64,000 bases of DNA. Origin: the human T2T-CHM13v2.0 reference genome, Homo sapiens. Both the position numbers and the translations under genes were made by a program. The notes beneath the pieces are model-generated. The model ran no database searches. It was given only the letters and a program-made list of their open reading frames with translations, and was not told the origin of the DNA. The stretch lies in NCBI RefSeq assembly GCF_009914755.1, contig NC_060926.1; one strand, 5' to 3'. This document shows positions 29,717-43,084 of this stretch, in pieces (the first letter of the stretch is position 1; each line of letters opens with the position of its first letter).

Positions 29717-30028
29717 ATTTTAGAGACCAAGTCTCACTATGTTTCTCTGACTTGAGTACAGTTGTTATTCACAAGCACACAAGCACAATTCCACTAGTGA
29801 TCAGCACAGGAGTTTTGATGTGCCCTATTCTCAACATGGGCTGGTTCAGCTCTTCTTCAGCAAACTGGTGGTCCATCACTCTCAGGAGATCAACATATTG
29901 ATGCCAAACTTAGGATAGACACCCTATCAGCCTAGCGCTCTACAGCCCAGAACTCTTGGTCTCAAGCGATACTCCCACCTCAACCTCCGGAGTAGTTAGG
30001 ACTACAGACATGTGCCATGGTGGTCAGC
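29717..30028 (-). pseudogene. Full-length 7SL (SRP RNA) retropseudogene
   Basis: Contains the S-domain absent from Alu (ccactagtgatcagcacaggagttttg, catattgatgccaaactt) between Alu-domain ends; flanked by TAATAATTATTATT on both sides. Confidence 0.93.
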
Positions 30029-30056
30029 TGTAATAATAATTATTATTCTCTTAACA

Positions 30057-30992
<936 letters not shown>

Positions 30993-31237
30993 GTATTCCT
31001 TTGAAAATATTCTACGCATATTTCACCAGGCCTTATTATAGATTCTTTGGAGAAGTAGAGGAAAATATCACCCTTAATTTTTTTATCTTTTAGAAGTTGC
31101 TGTAATTGTCCATCATTTCAAAATATCAACATTGCTCTCTGTCTCAAATTGACTTTATTATAAACTATTACTCTCACAGTTTGTTGTTAATTCATCTCAA
31201 ATAGTGCTTTTAACCAATCTAGTTATTATTTGTTGTC

Positions 31238-31743
31238 TGTTACTCTCAAGAACTGTGAAGGTATGGAGTTTTACCTCACATACAAGCTAAGGAGCTAGCC
31301 TTCCAAGGTTTTATAAATTCTGGCAGAGAACAGAGCCTCTTGCTTAAGAAATAATGGATTTTATTATTCATGACATGGCAAGAAGTATGAGTTTTATGTT
31401 CACCTCAGTTACCTTTGACAGTCAAAGTTCCAAAGCAAATGCAGAACGTTCTATGTGGATGGTGGGCACACAGTAGATGTGTGCCCTAGCTGAAGAACTA
31501 TCTGATATTAGATTAAGCTGTTAGAAAACTTGTTCAGCTTCTCCTCTGGAGGCAGACATTATTTTTATTATTTTTGAAGACCATAAATCTGCCTTCTGCT
31601 CCTAAGGGAGATGCTATTTCTGTCTTCCAAAGCTGTTTGCTCTACAAACATTCATAAAAAAATAGTCCTGAGCAAAAGCTGGAATAACTCTGTTCAAAAG
31701 AGGTACAGAAATGTGATAGAACATGGAGAATTATTTCTTATCA
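31238..31743 (-). mobile_element. ERVL-class solo LTR (MER77/MER68-like; family uncertain)
   Basis: TG...CA ends; gttttacctcacatacaagctaaggagctagcc; reverse-complement AATAAA near 31361. Confidence 0.6.
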
Positions 31744-32186
31744 GCTGCTAAGTTCTGTATTTGAAATTTTAATTGATTTTTTAATTTTACAGTGAAATTA
31801 AAATCTTTAGTTCATTTAGGGGAGCAATAGTATCTTTTGCATATATTCTTCTGCTTCTTTGAAATGCAACCCAATAATAGTAAAGCAATAAATTCATAAC
31901 CTAATGTGACTATTTATATTTTAGGGGAGAATCCTTCTCTTCTTTCAATATTCCCACCGTGGCTCAAAAAGAATAGGGTACTCTTTCCTTCTCTATTGCT
32001 TCCCTCTCTGCTATCCACTTACTCTATCTGAAGAATGTCTGAATTAGTGGACACAGAATCTACTCTGCAGGGTTGGTCAGACCCAGAAGCTACATATACG
32101 TAACAATCTCTAGATTCATGGCAGGGAGCAGGAAGTTTGTAGATTGAAACAAGTTTCTAAACTAGACATTACTAGAAAAACCAGAT

Positions 32187-32465
32187 TGTGGTAGTTATTT
32201 GGCATTCACTAGGACATCAATAGAGCAGATGCTTTGGTGTCCTCTTCCTGCACATGCCAGTCCAGCAGCACGTAGGGCACGTTTATGCTTATCCTCAGAA
32301 AGCTTAGTGAACCACCTCAGCTTCTTCCTAGGGAGCTCAGTGTCATCTCAGTGAGTGGCTTGTTTTGACATCCAGTGAGTCTCACACGTACCCCAGTGTT
32401 TTCCCAATGAGTTGTGCAGGCACCTGAGAGTGTAGTGCCCTGCTTACCATCCCTAGCTCATAACA
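32187..32465. mobile_element. Possible old LTR fragment
   Basis: GC-richer block bounded by tgtggtag and cataaca; family not recognised. Confidence 0.3.
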
Positions 32466-32474
32466 TAATAGTAA

Positions 32475-32730
<256 letters not shown>

Positions 32731-32899
32731 ACAATAGTAAACTTTTAATATTCAATATACCATGAACACGGTAACCTTCACCGATATTATTTCCATGTTT
32801 GAGGTCGGGGGTGGTTCTTTACATTTTTTTTTCCTCTGGGTGCTCTATCTCAATCATACAAGTAGTACCTGTTCACTGTTTTCTACCAGTGAATGGGAG

Positions 32900-33244
32900 A
32901 GTTTAACAGGAAAAGGGGTTTGTAAGCACACATTAATAAGTTATTGGAAGAAGTTTCTTTTCCCATATGATTCTGTCTCCATAGAGATACTCAGTCCTGA
33001 AAAGTAAATAGAAGCTTACTCTCAGATGGCTCAACCTTAACAGTTTTCTTTCAGTAAATGAAAAAGTTTAACACAAAAAAAGGAGTTTATAAGCACACAT
33101 TCAGAAGAAGTGACTGGAAGAAATTTCTTTTGTTATATGTGTCTATAGGCCTATAGAGAAATCCAGCCCTGAAAGGTAAATAGAAGCTTGCTTTCAGAAC
33201 AACTTATCATTAACAATTGTCTTTCAATAAATTGAAGGGTTTAA
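32900..33244. repeat. Old tandem duplication, 2 units of ~170 bp
   Basis: Shared colinear blocks agtttaaca, taagcacacatt, tggaagaa.tttctttt, atagaga, cctgaaa.gtaaatagaagctt, ttaaca, tctttca.taaat. Confidence 0.9.
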
Positions 33245-34221
33245 GATTTTGCAAGTACAATGTCCATTTTACTCAACTTATTTTGATTCTTCAGAATTTT
33301 CTTTACCCATTAGTAGTTAATTTCTATTATTAGTTAATGTTTCTTTATATTAAACTTCCTTTGTACAAATTACTCTTCTTTCTTTCTCATCACTGATACA
33401 AAGTTCTATTCTTGATAAAGGGAGAGAATGGATTTCAGGCCTATTGCTAACCATTTTTAACTTGATAAATATATAATAACCCAAAACTTCAGGGACTAAA
33501 CCAGAGATCTTTGCATTGTTGCTTATATATACCCTGAAATATTTTTTAAATAAGTATTTCCAGCATAGTTTCAATTTTCAAATGTTTTTAATGAAAACTT
33601 TAGTTACCAACTTGATATAACCATTACCTATTATAAAATTTTATGAACAAAATCTGCTTTAACTTACAGAAATATTATGCTTGGCTTTGCTGTCCTTGAA
33701 AATATATTTTTGTTCCAACTTCTTCATACACATTCTAATATATTTTAGGGTATTACTGTATTTAATTGGTCATCATATCACAGATATCTATAACAAAGTA
33801 ATTATCTGGGTTTAATTATAAGTTTTATTACTACCTACAACCGTAAGTTTCTGGATGTTAACATTTTCTTCTAAATTGGGTATTCATTATATTTTACAAG
33901 TATATAATCGATTGAACAACTAAATATTACCAGTTTTAACAAGTTATTTTTAAACATACATGGCAAAATCTTACCATAAATATAAATCTTAATAAAATGA
34001 ATCATAATCAAGCTTTTCCTCAGATATCAGAGTGATATGAACTGTTAAAAACTAATTTATGCAATAGCTTTTATATTACATCTTAAGGAGAGAAACTATT
34101 TGTTTATAGAAATAGCAAGAAATCTAGTTCTTCCAAGATTTTTGATATACATTAGTAGAATTCCTGAGAAGGCACTGGTTTCAGAAACAAACAGGCATTA
34201 GATGTAAAAAATAACAATAAT

Positions 34222-34458
34222 AAAACAAACATTAAGTACTTATATGGCATTTCTCTACACTAAATGCCTTACACACATACATCATCTGATTTAATTTTCA
34301 CAAGACTCTAATAGTTGTTATTCTTATGATGCTACAGAGGAAGAAATAAAAACTGGTGGAATAAATAAATTGATCTGAAAGAGAAAAAGATTTGGGATTC
34401 AACACAATTTACTTAGAATCAAAAGCTCATGTTCTTGACCACTTAACCATCTTGCCTC
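34222..34458 (-). mobile_element. MIR
   Basis: atttaattttcacaa...tacagaggaagaaat...gggattcaacac...caaaagctcatgttcttgaccact. Confidence 0.65.
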
Positions 34459-34699
34459 ACATAGGGCATTGCATTACCTACACCTGTAAAGAGAAAAATT
34501 TATAGCTGAGTTTGAACTGGAGTAAGGTAAGACTAAACAAGCAATCTTAAGAAACAGTGAATTACATCTGAAAAACATAGAGGAGTTATAATTACAACAT
34601 ATGTTACTATATGGTCTTAAGAAAAAATGAGCCGTATCTTCAGCAATATCCATTTCATTTCATAAATAATTATCACTTTTGATGTCTTTCAATATTCTA

Positions 34700-34818
34700 C
34701 ATATTTTGCTTAATTACTTTTTTCTGTCATTCCCATTAGAATGTAAGCTTCATGAAAGCATGCATTTTTTTATTCTTATCACCCAGAGGAGTGCTCGATG
34801 AATATGTGTGCAGTGAGT
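34700..34818 (+). mobile_element. L2 3' end
   Basis: cccattagaatgtaagcttcatgaaagca...gtgctcgatgaatatgtg. Confidence 0.55.
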
Positions 34819-35557
34819 AGAAGACAAACGTTTTGTCTAAATTAGCTTATGGTTTTCTTTAATTTCCAGAATCAATGTTTATTTATTGATTTTTAAATGA
34901 TTTTCACAATGTCTTATAATTTATCCCTTCTTCTCAAGGTAATAACTCTTCAATGAGAAAATAATGACTAATAGTGGATTTATTTTCCATCCTTAATTAC
35001 TTTCTCCTAAAGATATAAATAGCTGTATCACAGATACAGTTTTAAGGGTATTACTTCAATTACATTCATAAAATAGTTTGGGAAGGTGAGCTTTTATTGA
35101 TTTTCTATAACTCATGGTTAATTAGGGTTATAGAATTATATGGTTAATTATTTCAGCCATTCATAAGATCAGACACAGAGTAGCTCTAAAGTTTTCTACA
35201 TTTTTTAAAAGCCCTGTTTTTTAAATATACACCTTTGAATTCTCATGATTTCATATTAGGTAGTTTAACTTAATTATCCATGAAGACAGCGATTTTAATA
35301 ATTAAAAGCTTTGAATTTTTTTCTCTCAACCATAGGCAATTTAATGTCACCATATTAAAAAATTCCCCCTAAAATAAACAAAATTCAAATGTTAAAAGAA
35401 AACTTTCTGCTGTTTTTCTTTTTATTTATTTATTTATTTATTTTTGGTTCTTATCTGGAATGGCATCTAGCTTCAGCAAACTCAGAACAAAAGTCAGAAG
35501 CTACTAATCAATGAGGCTTTCTGCTGGTATTGATAAAGATATATAAAGAATATTTTT

Positions 35558-35855
35558 GGCGGGGCGTGGTGGCTCGCCCCTGTAATCCCAGCCGTTTGGG
35601 AGGCCGTGGCGGGAGGATTACCTGAGGTCAGGAGACCAGGCTAGCCAACATGGCGAAACCTAGTCTCTACTAAAAAATACAAAAATTAGCCAGGCGTGGT
35701 GGCGGGCACCTGTAATCCCAGCTGCATGTAAGGCTGAGGAGGAGAATTGCTTGAACTCAGGAGGTGAAGGTTACAGTGAGCTGAGATCACGCCAGTCTGG
35801 TTGACAGAGACTCCATCTCAAAAAATCAAAAACAAAAACAAAACAACAACAACAA
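35558..35855 (+). mobile_element. AluSx-like
   Basis: Alu dimer with A/C tail; TSD AAAGAATATTTTT at 35545 and 35856. Confidence 0.95.
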
Positions 35856-37044
35856 AAAGAATATTTTTGTATAATTTGTGTATTCAGCATCTCTGTAGAA
35901 GAAAACCAAACAAAACCAGACAACAACAAGGAAATGAAACAAAATGAGACTAAACGAATTATAATTTAAGAGTCATTAAAATTTAGTTTCAAGACAGCTT
36001 CTATTTTTATTCCTGGTTTATATAATGAGTACTATGCCAAATTCACTTAAATCATGATATTAATTTGTGAAGTTGGCCAAGTTCAACCAGAAAATGTTAC
36101 AATTCCTCAAAGCATATAAAAAATTGTAACAAATTGTCATATATTTATTATGTCCATTACTGTCTACATCTAAAATAAATTAACTTCTATGTTTTACAAA
36201 GTAATTATCTAAACAAAAAATATGCAGTAGTGATTATTTCTAATGTTGTCAAGTAACATAAGAAGCACTAGAATCCATAACATGAAAGTACTAATGAAGC
36301 ATCTATTAATATTCATGTAGTCATTTGAGGAGAGAGCTTATAATAGAAGACTCACAGAACTTTTTCTCCTAGCTTAATACCAGTACAAAAAATAATAATA
36401 ATAATCTTTTTTTTTAGGCACATAAAATACAATTTGGAGTATTTTGAACTTTTTCTTCTCACAAGTCAAGTGTTCACTTTTGTTGAAAAATAATCATTTG
36501 AGGGAAATTCATTTTATTCTCTTAGTTCAGTGAGTTGTAAATTCTGCTCTTTCTTGATTTCATGCAATAGGGAAGTAAAAAGAATGACTTGCACCACAAA
36601 TTTTATTGAGCATAAGAAAAAGCTAAGATTTGAACCAATTCAGAGATCACATCTACCTATATTCCACTGGGTTAAGAAAGAAATGAAATGTGGATTTATG
36701 GTCTTTTAAATCACTAATATGAACCATTAGCAGAACTAACTTTAAATCTATAACCAGGATTGTGTTAAATGGGAGATATATTTTTGTCCAAGGTTAACAC
36801 ATAACAAAATCTAGTTCCCTCAAAATGCATGATTTTATATCAAAATTTATTTAAGTAGAGCCAGCCAAATGAAGGCTAGCAACAAGAAAAAGAAATAAAG
36901 CAAGGAACAAAAAAATCATCTAATCTAGCTATCTAATCCATTTTTTTTTTAAATAGAAGTGTCAGCTAAGGTCCAGGAAATTAAAGGACTTGTCAAATAG
37001 TTTATACCAATCTATATTCAATTCAACCTAGGACTCTGATTTTC

Positions 37045-37345
37045 TTTTTTTTTTTTCTTTTAGATGGAGTCTCGCTCTGTTGCCCAGGCTGGAGTCCAGT
37101 GGTATAATCTCGGCTCACTGAAAACTCCCCTACCACCCCAGGTTCAAGTGATTCTCCTGCCTCCGCCTACCGAGTAGCTGGGACTACAAGCACGTGCCAC
37201 CACTCCTGGCTAATTTTTTGTATTTTTAGTAAAGATGGGGTTTCACCATGTTAGCCAGGATGGTCTTGATCTCCTGACCTCATTATCCACCTGCCTCAGC
37301 CTTCCAAAGTGCTGGGATTACAAGCGTGAGCCACCACGCCTGGCC
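37045..37345 (-). mobile_element. AluSc-like
   Basis: Poly-T plus full dimer; gttagccaggatggtcttgatctcctgacctc. Confidence 0.93.
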
Positions 37346-37455
37346 TGAAATTTCAATAAGAGCTTCAATCATTTAAATAATTCTAGTACATGAATTAAAA
37401 AATATTAACCTAAACATCTGAGAAATAAGAATTTAAATTTGTGTCTATCTTTGCT

Positions 37456-38340
37456 CAGGGGTAGGCTGAAGCCACTTTTTCTGCCTTAAAGGAGCTGATT
37501 TTAAACTTTTCAGAATTTGCAAGACAATTTCTAAAAATAATCATTAAAACTTAAATTACACAAGTTTACAATTAAATAAGTTACATAAAAAGATAAATAC
37601 TTAAAACTCATTACTTTTTAATCATGTTGCTACATTTTGCTATTTTTTATGGTCTTAACACTATTAGATCTTTTATATCTTGATAGTGAAAATGCTAAAT
37701 GATATATAATGGCACACATCTTCCATCTCAGTATTCAATGCCATCATATTGGTAGCCAAAACCTGGCCACGATGGAAGTATATTTCCATAGAAATAAACA
37801 AACACTGTAAATCAGGGTTTGATTTATTGTTTTACTAATTGCCTAGACAAAGTAAGATTTGTTTTACTAATCACCTAGACAAAGTAAGATTTGAAAAATA
37901 CGATATTTCAGTTCAAACTTAAAAATGTGTCATGTTTATTGCTGCTACATTATGAATTTTTCAAAATATGAGGATATATTCTTCCATATTTCAAGAATTA
38001 TTATCAGATTCAGACAAGAAATTGCTGAAATCATTAAAAAAGAGGTAGAGTTCTGACAGGCATCCTCATCATCTCACTTTTATCTTATTATTCATGTAAA
38101 AGAAAATATCAACCAATATGACTGTTGGAAGTACACTCACTTGTCAATTATAACTACAGTTAGGCTATAATTAAAGGAGTTCAGTAAAAATCAAATAAAT
38201 CATTCTGTGAGAATAAATAGGATACATATAAGTTATAATAAAGAATATTGTATATTTTATTGTTTGTAAATTGCATGCCACACACACTTTACACCAGCAA
38301 AATTTACACTGAACTTATGTAGATATGCTTATGCATACAT
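37456..38340. mobile_element. MER63 (hAT-Blackjack DNA transposon fossil)
   Basis: tttacaattaaataag, aaaactcattactt, aaatcagggtttgatttattgtttt, aaaatatcaaccaa, cattctgtgagaat; internal 32-bp tandem duplication at 37827-37890. Confidence 0.8.
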
Positions 38341-38856
38341 TTCTTCCATTTATCTATATCTATGTCATTTACATCTATATTTAGCTTCCTGTATCTTTAA
38401 AATGGGAATCAGGTAACAAATCTTTATAATCCTAAATGACTTTTAAATCCCCCCCCCAATTACTTTAACTTTATAAAGCATGTTGCTATTGTTTTCATAA
38501 TGTTATACAGTGACATTTTTCTCAAAAAAAGCAAAAATTGCCACAATGTATTTCATTTCCTTTAGTAAAGACCAAGAAAATAAAAAAGGTTTCTATCTAT
38601 TTCTCTCTGTCCTCTAGATTACATCCACTTCATTAATGCAAGTAATATTTACATTATTTCCTCTGTCATCTTTCTTTCACTTCTCTTTCCATTACTTCAG
38701 AATTTTTCTTCATGATAACCAAAATTTTCTGTCAAAACCATAAATATGATCCTGTAAATACTTCCCCATCTCCTCTTTACAATAATGTTTCTTATTAAAA
38801 GAAAACTAAATAAAGCTAACAAAAACACTTCTAACAATTTTCCATGACAGATTAAT

Positions 38857-39079
38857 CCTGAGATTCGCAAAATTTTCTATTAAGAGCCAGATAATAAATA
38901 TTGCAGGCTTTATAGGCCATACAGTTTAATATCGCAACTACTCAAGCCTGCTGCTGTAGCATGAAAGCAGCCATAGACAATATATAAATCAATGAGTGTA
39001 ATTTGTTAAAATACAATTTCATTTACAAAAACAAGCAGTGGAAAAGATTTGCTGTAGGGCCATGGATTGCTGACTCCAG
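38857..39079. mobile_element. MER58A (hAT-Charlie MITE)
   Basis: gccagataataaatattgcaggcttt...gcaactactcaa...tgtagcatgaaagcagccatagacaata. Confidence 0.88.
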
Positions 39080-39569
39080 TACTAGATCATTGTAACCTGG
39101 TTCAATAAGAGTTAATCATCTTCATCACCCAACAATTCTTTCCAAGTACACTAAGTACAAGACATAATTATGTCCATTATGTCCAAATCTGTCATTCACT
39201 TTTTCATTTCATTGTTCTATGCCGTATACTTTGCTTTAGTCATTCCTATTACTTAATACATTTGTTCATTGCTTTTTTTCTGCACCTGCAGCCATTCTCC
39301 TCAAGAATAAGAGATGGAAAAATGTGTAAAGTGTTTTATATGTTTCTGTCTTGAAATCTTGGTTGTTGAATAATTACTCCAGAAAAATAATTAAGAAAGG
39401 GGATTTGAAAGTGAGTTGAGGGAAAATAACAACATCTGTTTGAAATATATTAGTTCTTTTTAGAAATCTTTGAGTCAGGTTTAGGTGTTTAGTAAGAAGC
39501 TACCTGATCCTAAGATCAAGAGAACTATCTTAAATACACTTGAGTATTATCGTGATGTAAATGTTAAGA

Positions 39570-39731
39570 AGCCCATGGGAAGCTTCAATATATAAAGAAC
39601 TCAGAAGTCATCCCTTTCATTCTTAAAACAAGACAAATATAGACAAACTCAAAGTTAATGACTATTTTTAAAACCATCAGAGAACTGAGGTCACAAGTCT
39701 AACCACTATCCCAAAATCTGAAGAGACAGGT
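39570..39731 (+). mobile_element. Old L1M 5' region fragment
   Basis: ccatcagagaactgaggtcacaag...cccaaaatctgaagagacagg. Confidence 0.45.
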
Positions 39732-40048
39732 TGCTATGGGTTGAGTTGAACAAAAATATATGTTGAAATTCTCATCCTCAGTACCTGATAATGTTACTTT
39801 ATTTGGAAATAAACTGTTTATATAGTTAAGCTAAAATAAGGTCATTAGAATGAGTCCTAATCCAATGTGACTAGTGTCCTAATGTAAAAGGGGATTTGGA
39901 TATAGGGACAGACATACACAAAAGAAAAATCATGTAAAGACCCCAGGAGAGTGCCATCTACAAGCTAAGGAACAGCTAGGCTACCAGAAACTAAGAGAGA
40001 GACACAAAACAGATTCTCCCTCACTGCCCCTCATAAGGAAGCAACCTA
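39732..40048 (+). mobile_element. MaLR LTR (MLT1B/C-like), 3'-truncated
   Basis: tgctatgggttga; ttatttggaaata; ctaatccaatgtgactagtgtcct; aacagattctccctca. Confidence 0.8.
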
Positions 40049-40289
40049 ACCATGGGACTGGACATGATCACTCAAGAAAATTATATAGAATGATAAATGA
40101 GAAGCTGAAGGACAGGACTATATTTTTTAAAACCTAAACAATGAATAACTGGTTAAAAATCATGACTGATAAAATACGTAATACTTAAAGAAAACCCATT
40201 CTTTTTCCAAAAAAGCAAGTTAATTTTGAAATTTTCAGATGATTTTAAACAATCCGAAGTGTTTCACCAAGATTCTAAGTTTTAATGTC

Positions 40290-40506
40290 TTTTTTTTTTT
40301 TTTTTTTTTTGAGACAGAGTGTCACTCTGTCACCCATGCTGGGGTGTAGTGATGCGATCTCAACTCACTGCAACCTCTGCATCCTGGGTTCAAGCAATTC
40401 TGCCTCAGCCTCCCGAGTAGCTGGGATTATAGGTGTGTGCCACTATGCCTGGCAAAGTTTTGTATTTTTTGTAGAGATGGGGTTTCACCATGTTGGCCAG
40501 GCTGAT
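40290..40506 (-). mobile_element. AluS, 5' portion missing
   Basis: Poly-T, right arm, and left arm ending at ttggccaggctgat; no TSD seen. Confidence 0.9.
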
Positions 40507-42249
40507 CACTTACAGAGAAGAGGTGGTTATTAGTCAGTAAGAAGTAGGAACTTGAAATCCTTTTACATTGTACCAAATTGGTCTCAGGTGTCTCACTGAA
40601 ACTAATCTTTGCACTATGTTCTAAACTCATACTACCAGATTGGTCAGAGAGGATAAACCCATTTTAAGTGTGACAGTTTATAGAATTTATTTGCAGTAAG
40701 TTTGAGCTTTTGGAATGTGAGGTATAGATGATCGCATATGTCACTGCTTAGAGAGGTACCATTTACTCATATCCTAGAATGCTGAAACTGTTTAAGGGGG
40801 ATTACCAAATGGTATCTAACTGAAGGACATCATATACAGATTTAAATTCGTTAATCTTTGGAAAAAGAAGAATTTCAATGCAAGATATAAAAAACAGGAA
40901 AATGTTAATATTTCAAAAATTAAGTTAAATTTAATATAGCTGATAACAGGGATTTGAAGAAAAATAAATAAATAAAAAAGAAATGCTTCCAAAATGTGTA
41001 ACAAAAGAGAGAAAAGTATCAAATTATCACACAGCAGGAGCTCACTAATTTTTTCCTGATTGATTTGAACATATAAAAAAGTTACTTCCTTGATATATAA
41101 TACTGAGAGAAATGAAATAAAATAATAAATAACTTAAACCAGGTATTTTTCTATTAAATATAATGATTTATGAACTAATGGTGATTATGAGCCTAAAGGA
41201 ATTAGGTTGAGAAACACTAACATTTGTGTACCAGAACAAATACAATGGGTCTTAAAAGAAGCATTCTGGCAAATATCAGATTAAAAATGTACTATTTTTA
41301 TGCTCAGTGGAATAAGACTTTCAGTCACAGAAACATGCTGAAGATTTGCAAGGTGTGTGAATGGTTCCACAGGTGAATCATAGGTTTGTATTGTGATACA
41401 TTTCAATCAATACTAGGTAAAAAAAAAATAAGAAAAGAAGCTTAAAAGTTACTAGACACTTGGCAAATACTTTCACAAATACTTCAAGAGTTTTAAGTAA
41501 AAGAAGCCAGCACTGCTCCATGACATTTCTGGCTTTTAGAAAGCTTTGTCGGCTGGGCATACTTTTCTAGGAGAAAACAAAAGGAGCAGGAATTATGTAC
41601 TTTTGGCCACACTAATGGAATCCAAGCAAAAAGTAAAAGTTAGCTGTAAGCAATTGTGAATATATAAGTAATGATAAATAATGTTGAATTATTATACATC
41701 AGAGCTATAACTGGTAAGAGGAAGCTTCAACACAACATCACAGTAAGTGTCATGTTCATATGTTCAGAAGTTATAATTTTTAGAAGTTGATTTAACATCA
41801 CATCTGTTTTATGTAATTTTCAAGCCTTAAAACAACTTCAAAAATAAGTGCAAATATCAAGGTTATGGTTGAATTGGGAGTATGTTACAGTTATAGTGAG
41901 TAATGCTAACACCAGCCTACCAAAAATTTAGACACACACTCAGGTTTTTAATGAAAAAAGTAATTTCTAAACTTGTTGTGTTTATACACTTCCTGGAACA
42001 ATGTCAACTGAGGACCCCAACTTAGTTCTTTAAGCTTAGTTCATAAAGTGCTAATTATGTGTTTTTTTTAATTTCAATAAAGGTGGAAAATATTGGCAGT
42101 TGCCAGGTCTTGCAATTTTTTCTATTTTTATGTAACATCACGTATTGCAGAGTATTAGGTTAAAACTTACTTTTAATTATTAAATTGTTGTGCTCTTGTT
42201 GTAAATTTGAAGGCATGACATTTGGGGATAACATTTAAATAAAAACATT

Positions 42250-42945
42250 ACTGTGGGCTTGGTGGGAATGCCTGCTGGGGCTTCTAGCACTGTGGATCTG
42301 CATCTGCCTGAACTTTTCAGGCCTGTGCAGCTCCATATTCCACCAGGGTCTGCCCAGTGAACAGATCAGGTGAGTCTGTGACTCCACTCATGCCTGCTGC
42401 TCCTAGCTGGGCAGTACACGTTGGCTGGGACTTCCAACACAGCAGACCCTCCTCTGCCTGAACTCAGCAGTTGGGCACAGCTCCATGTTCCTCTGGGAAG
42501 CACACAGATGGTGGATCAGGTGACTCCACCCACACCCACTTCTCCTAGATGGGCAGGACTCGCTGGCTTGGGTGATGCCTAAGTGTAGGGGTCCCACCTT
42601 CCGAACACTGAGAGGGGTGAGACACCCACGTTTGTGAGCCACAGAGGAACTGAAGTATGCTTCCCCCTTCAGGGCCAGTCTGGGAATGATACGGTCTGTC
42701 TGCTAACCACAGCCCCTTCCCTAGGGAGCCCTACAGCCCAGCACATCTAACACAGAAAATATGAGTGGGGTGCCAGGGATTGGAAGAGGCTCCTCCAATG
42801 CCCAGGAACAGACTTGATCAGGGGGTCATCTGTCTCCTCTTGCACCACAGAGCACTACTGCCAATGCACCAAAATACAAAAGAGCCATGTGTCTAAGTAA
42901 GAGCCTATTTGGTGGCCAACACTCTTAAGCACCACCTGCTGGATC
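42250..42945 (+). mobile_element. Isolated L1 5'UTR fragment (L1PB/L1PA15-16-age)
   Basis: GC-rich, with internally repeated tctgcctgaact...cagctccat.ttcc...gatcaggtga; ends cttaagcaccacctgctggatc. Confidence 0.6.
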
Positions 42946-43084
42946 CAGGATAGTCTGTCCATCTCAAAGTCCTTAACCTTAATCACATCTGCACAATCTC
43001 TTGCTGTGTAAGGTAACATATTCATAAGTTTCAAGGATTAGGATGCTGACATCTTCAGGGAGGAACATTATTCTGCCTGCCATA
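42946..43084 (-). mobile_element. MLT1C/D LTR fragment
   Basis: ccttaaccttaatcacatctgca...taaggtaacatattcata...ggattaggat...cattattctgcctgcca. Confidence 0.8.

Noticed and set aside
32960-33180. Casein/SCPP-type Ser-x-Glu micro-exons (LSPE, SSPE)
   Set aside because: The donor would fall in phase 2 rather than the phase 0 typical of SCPP genes, the phase-0 reading has a stop, and no signal-peptide exon was found.
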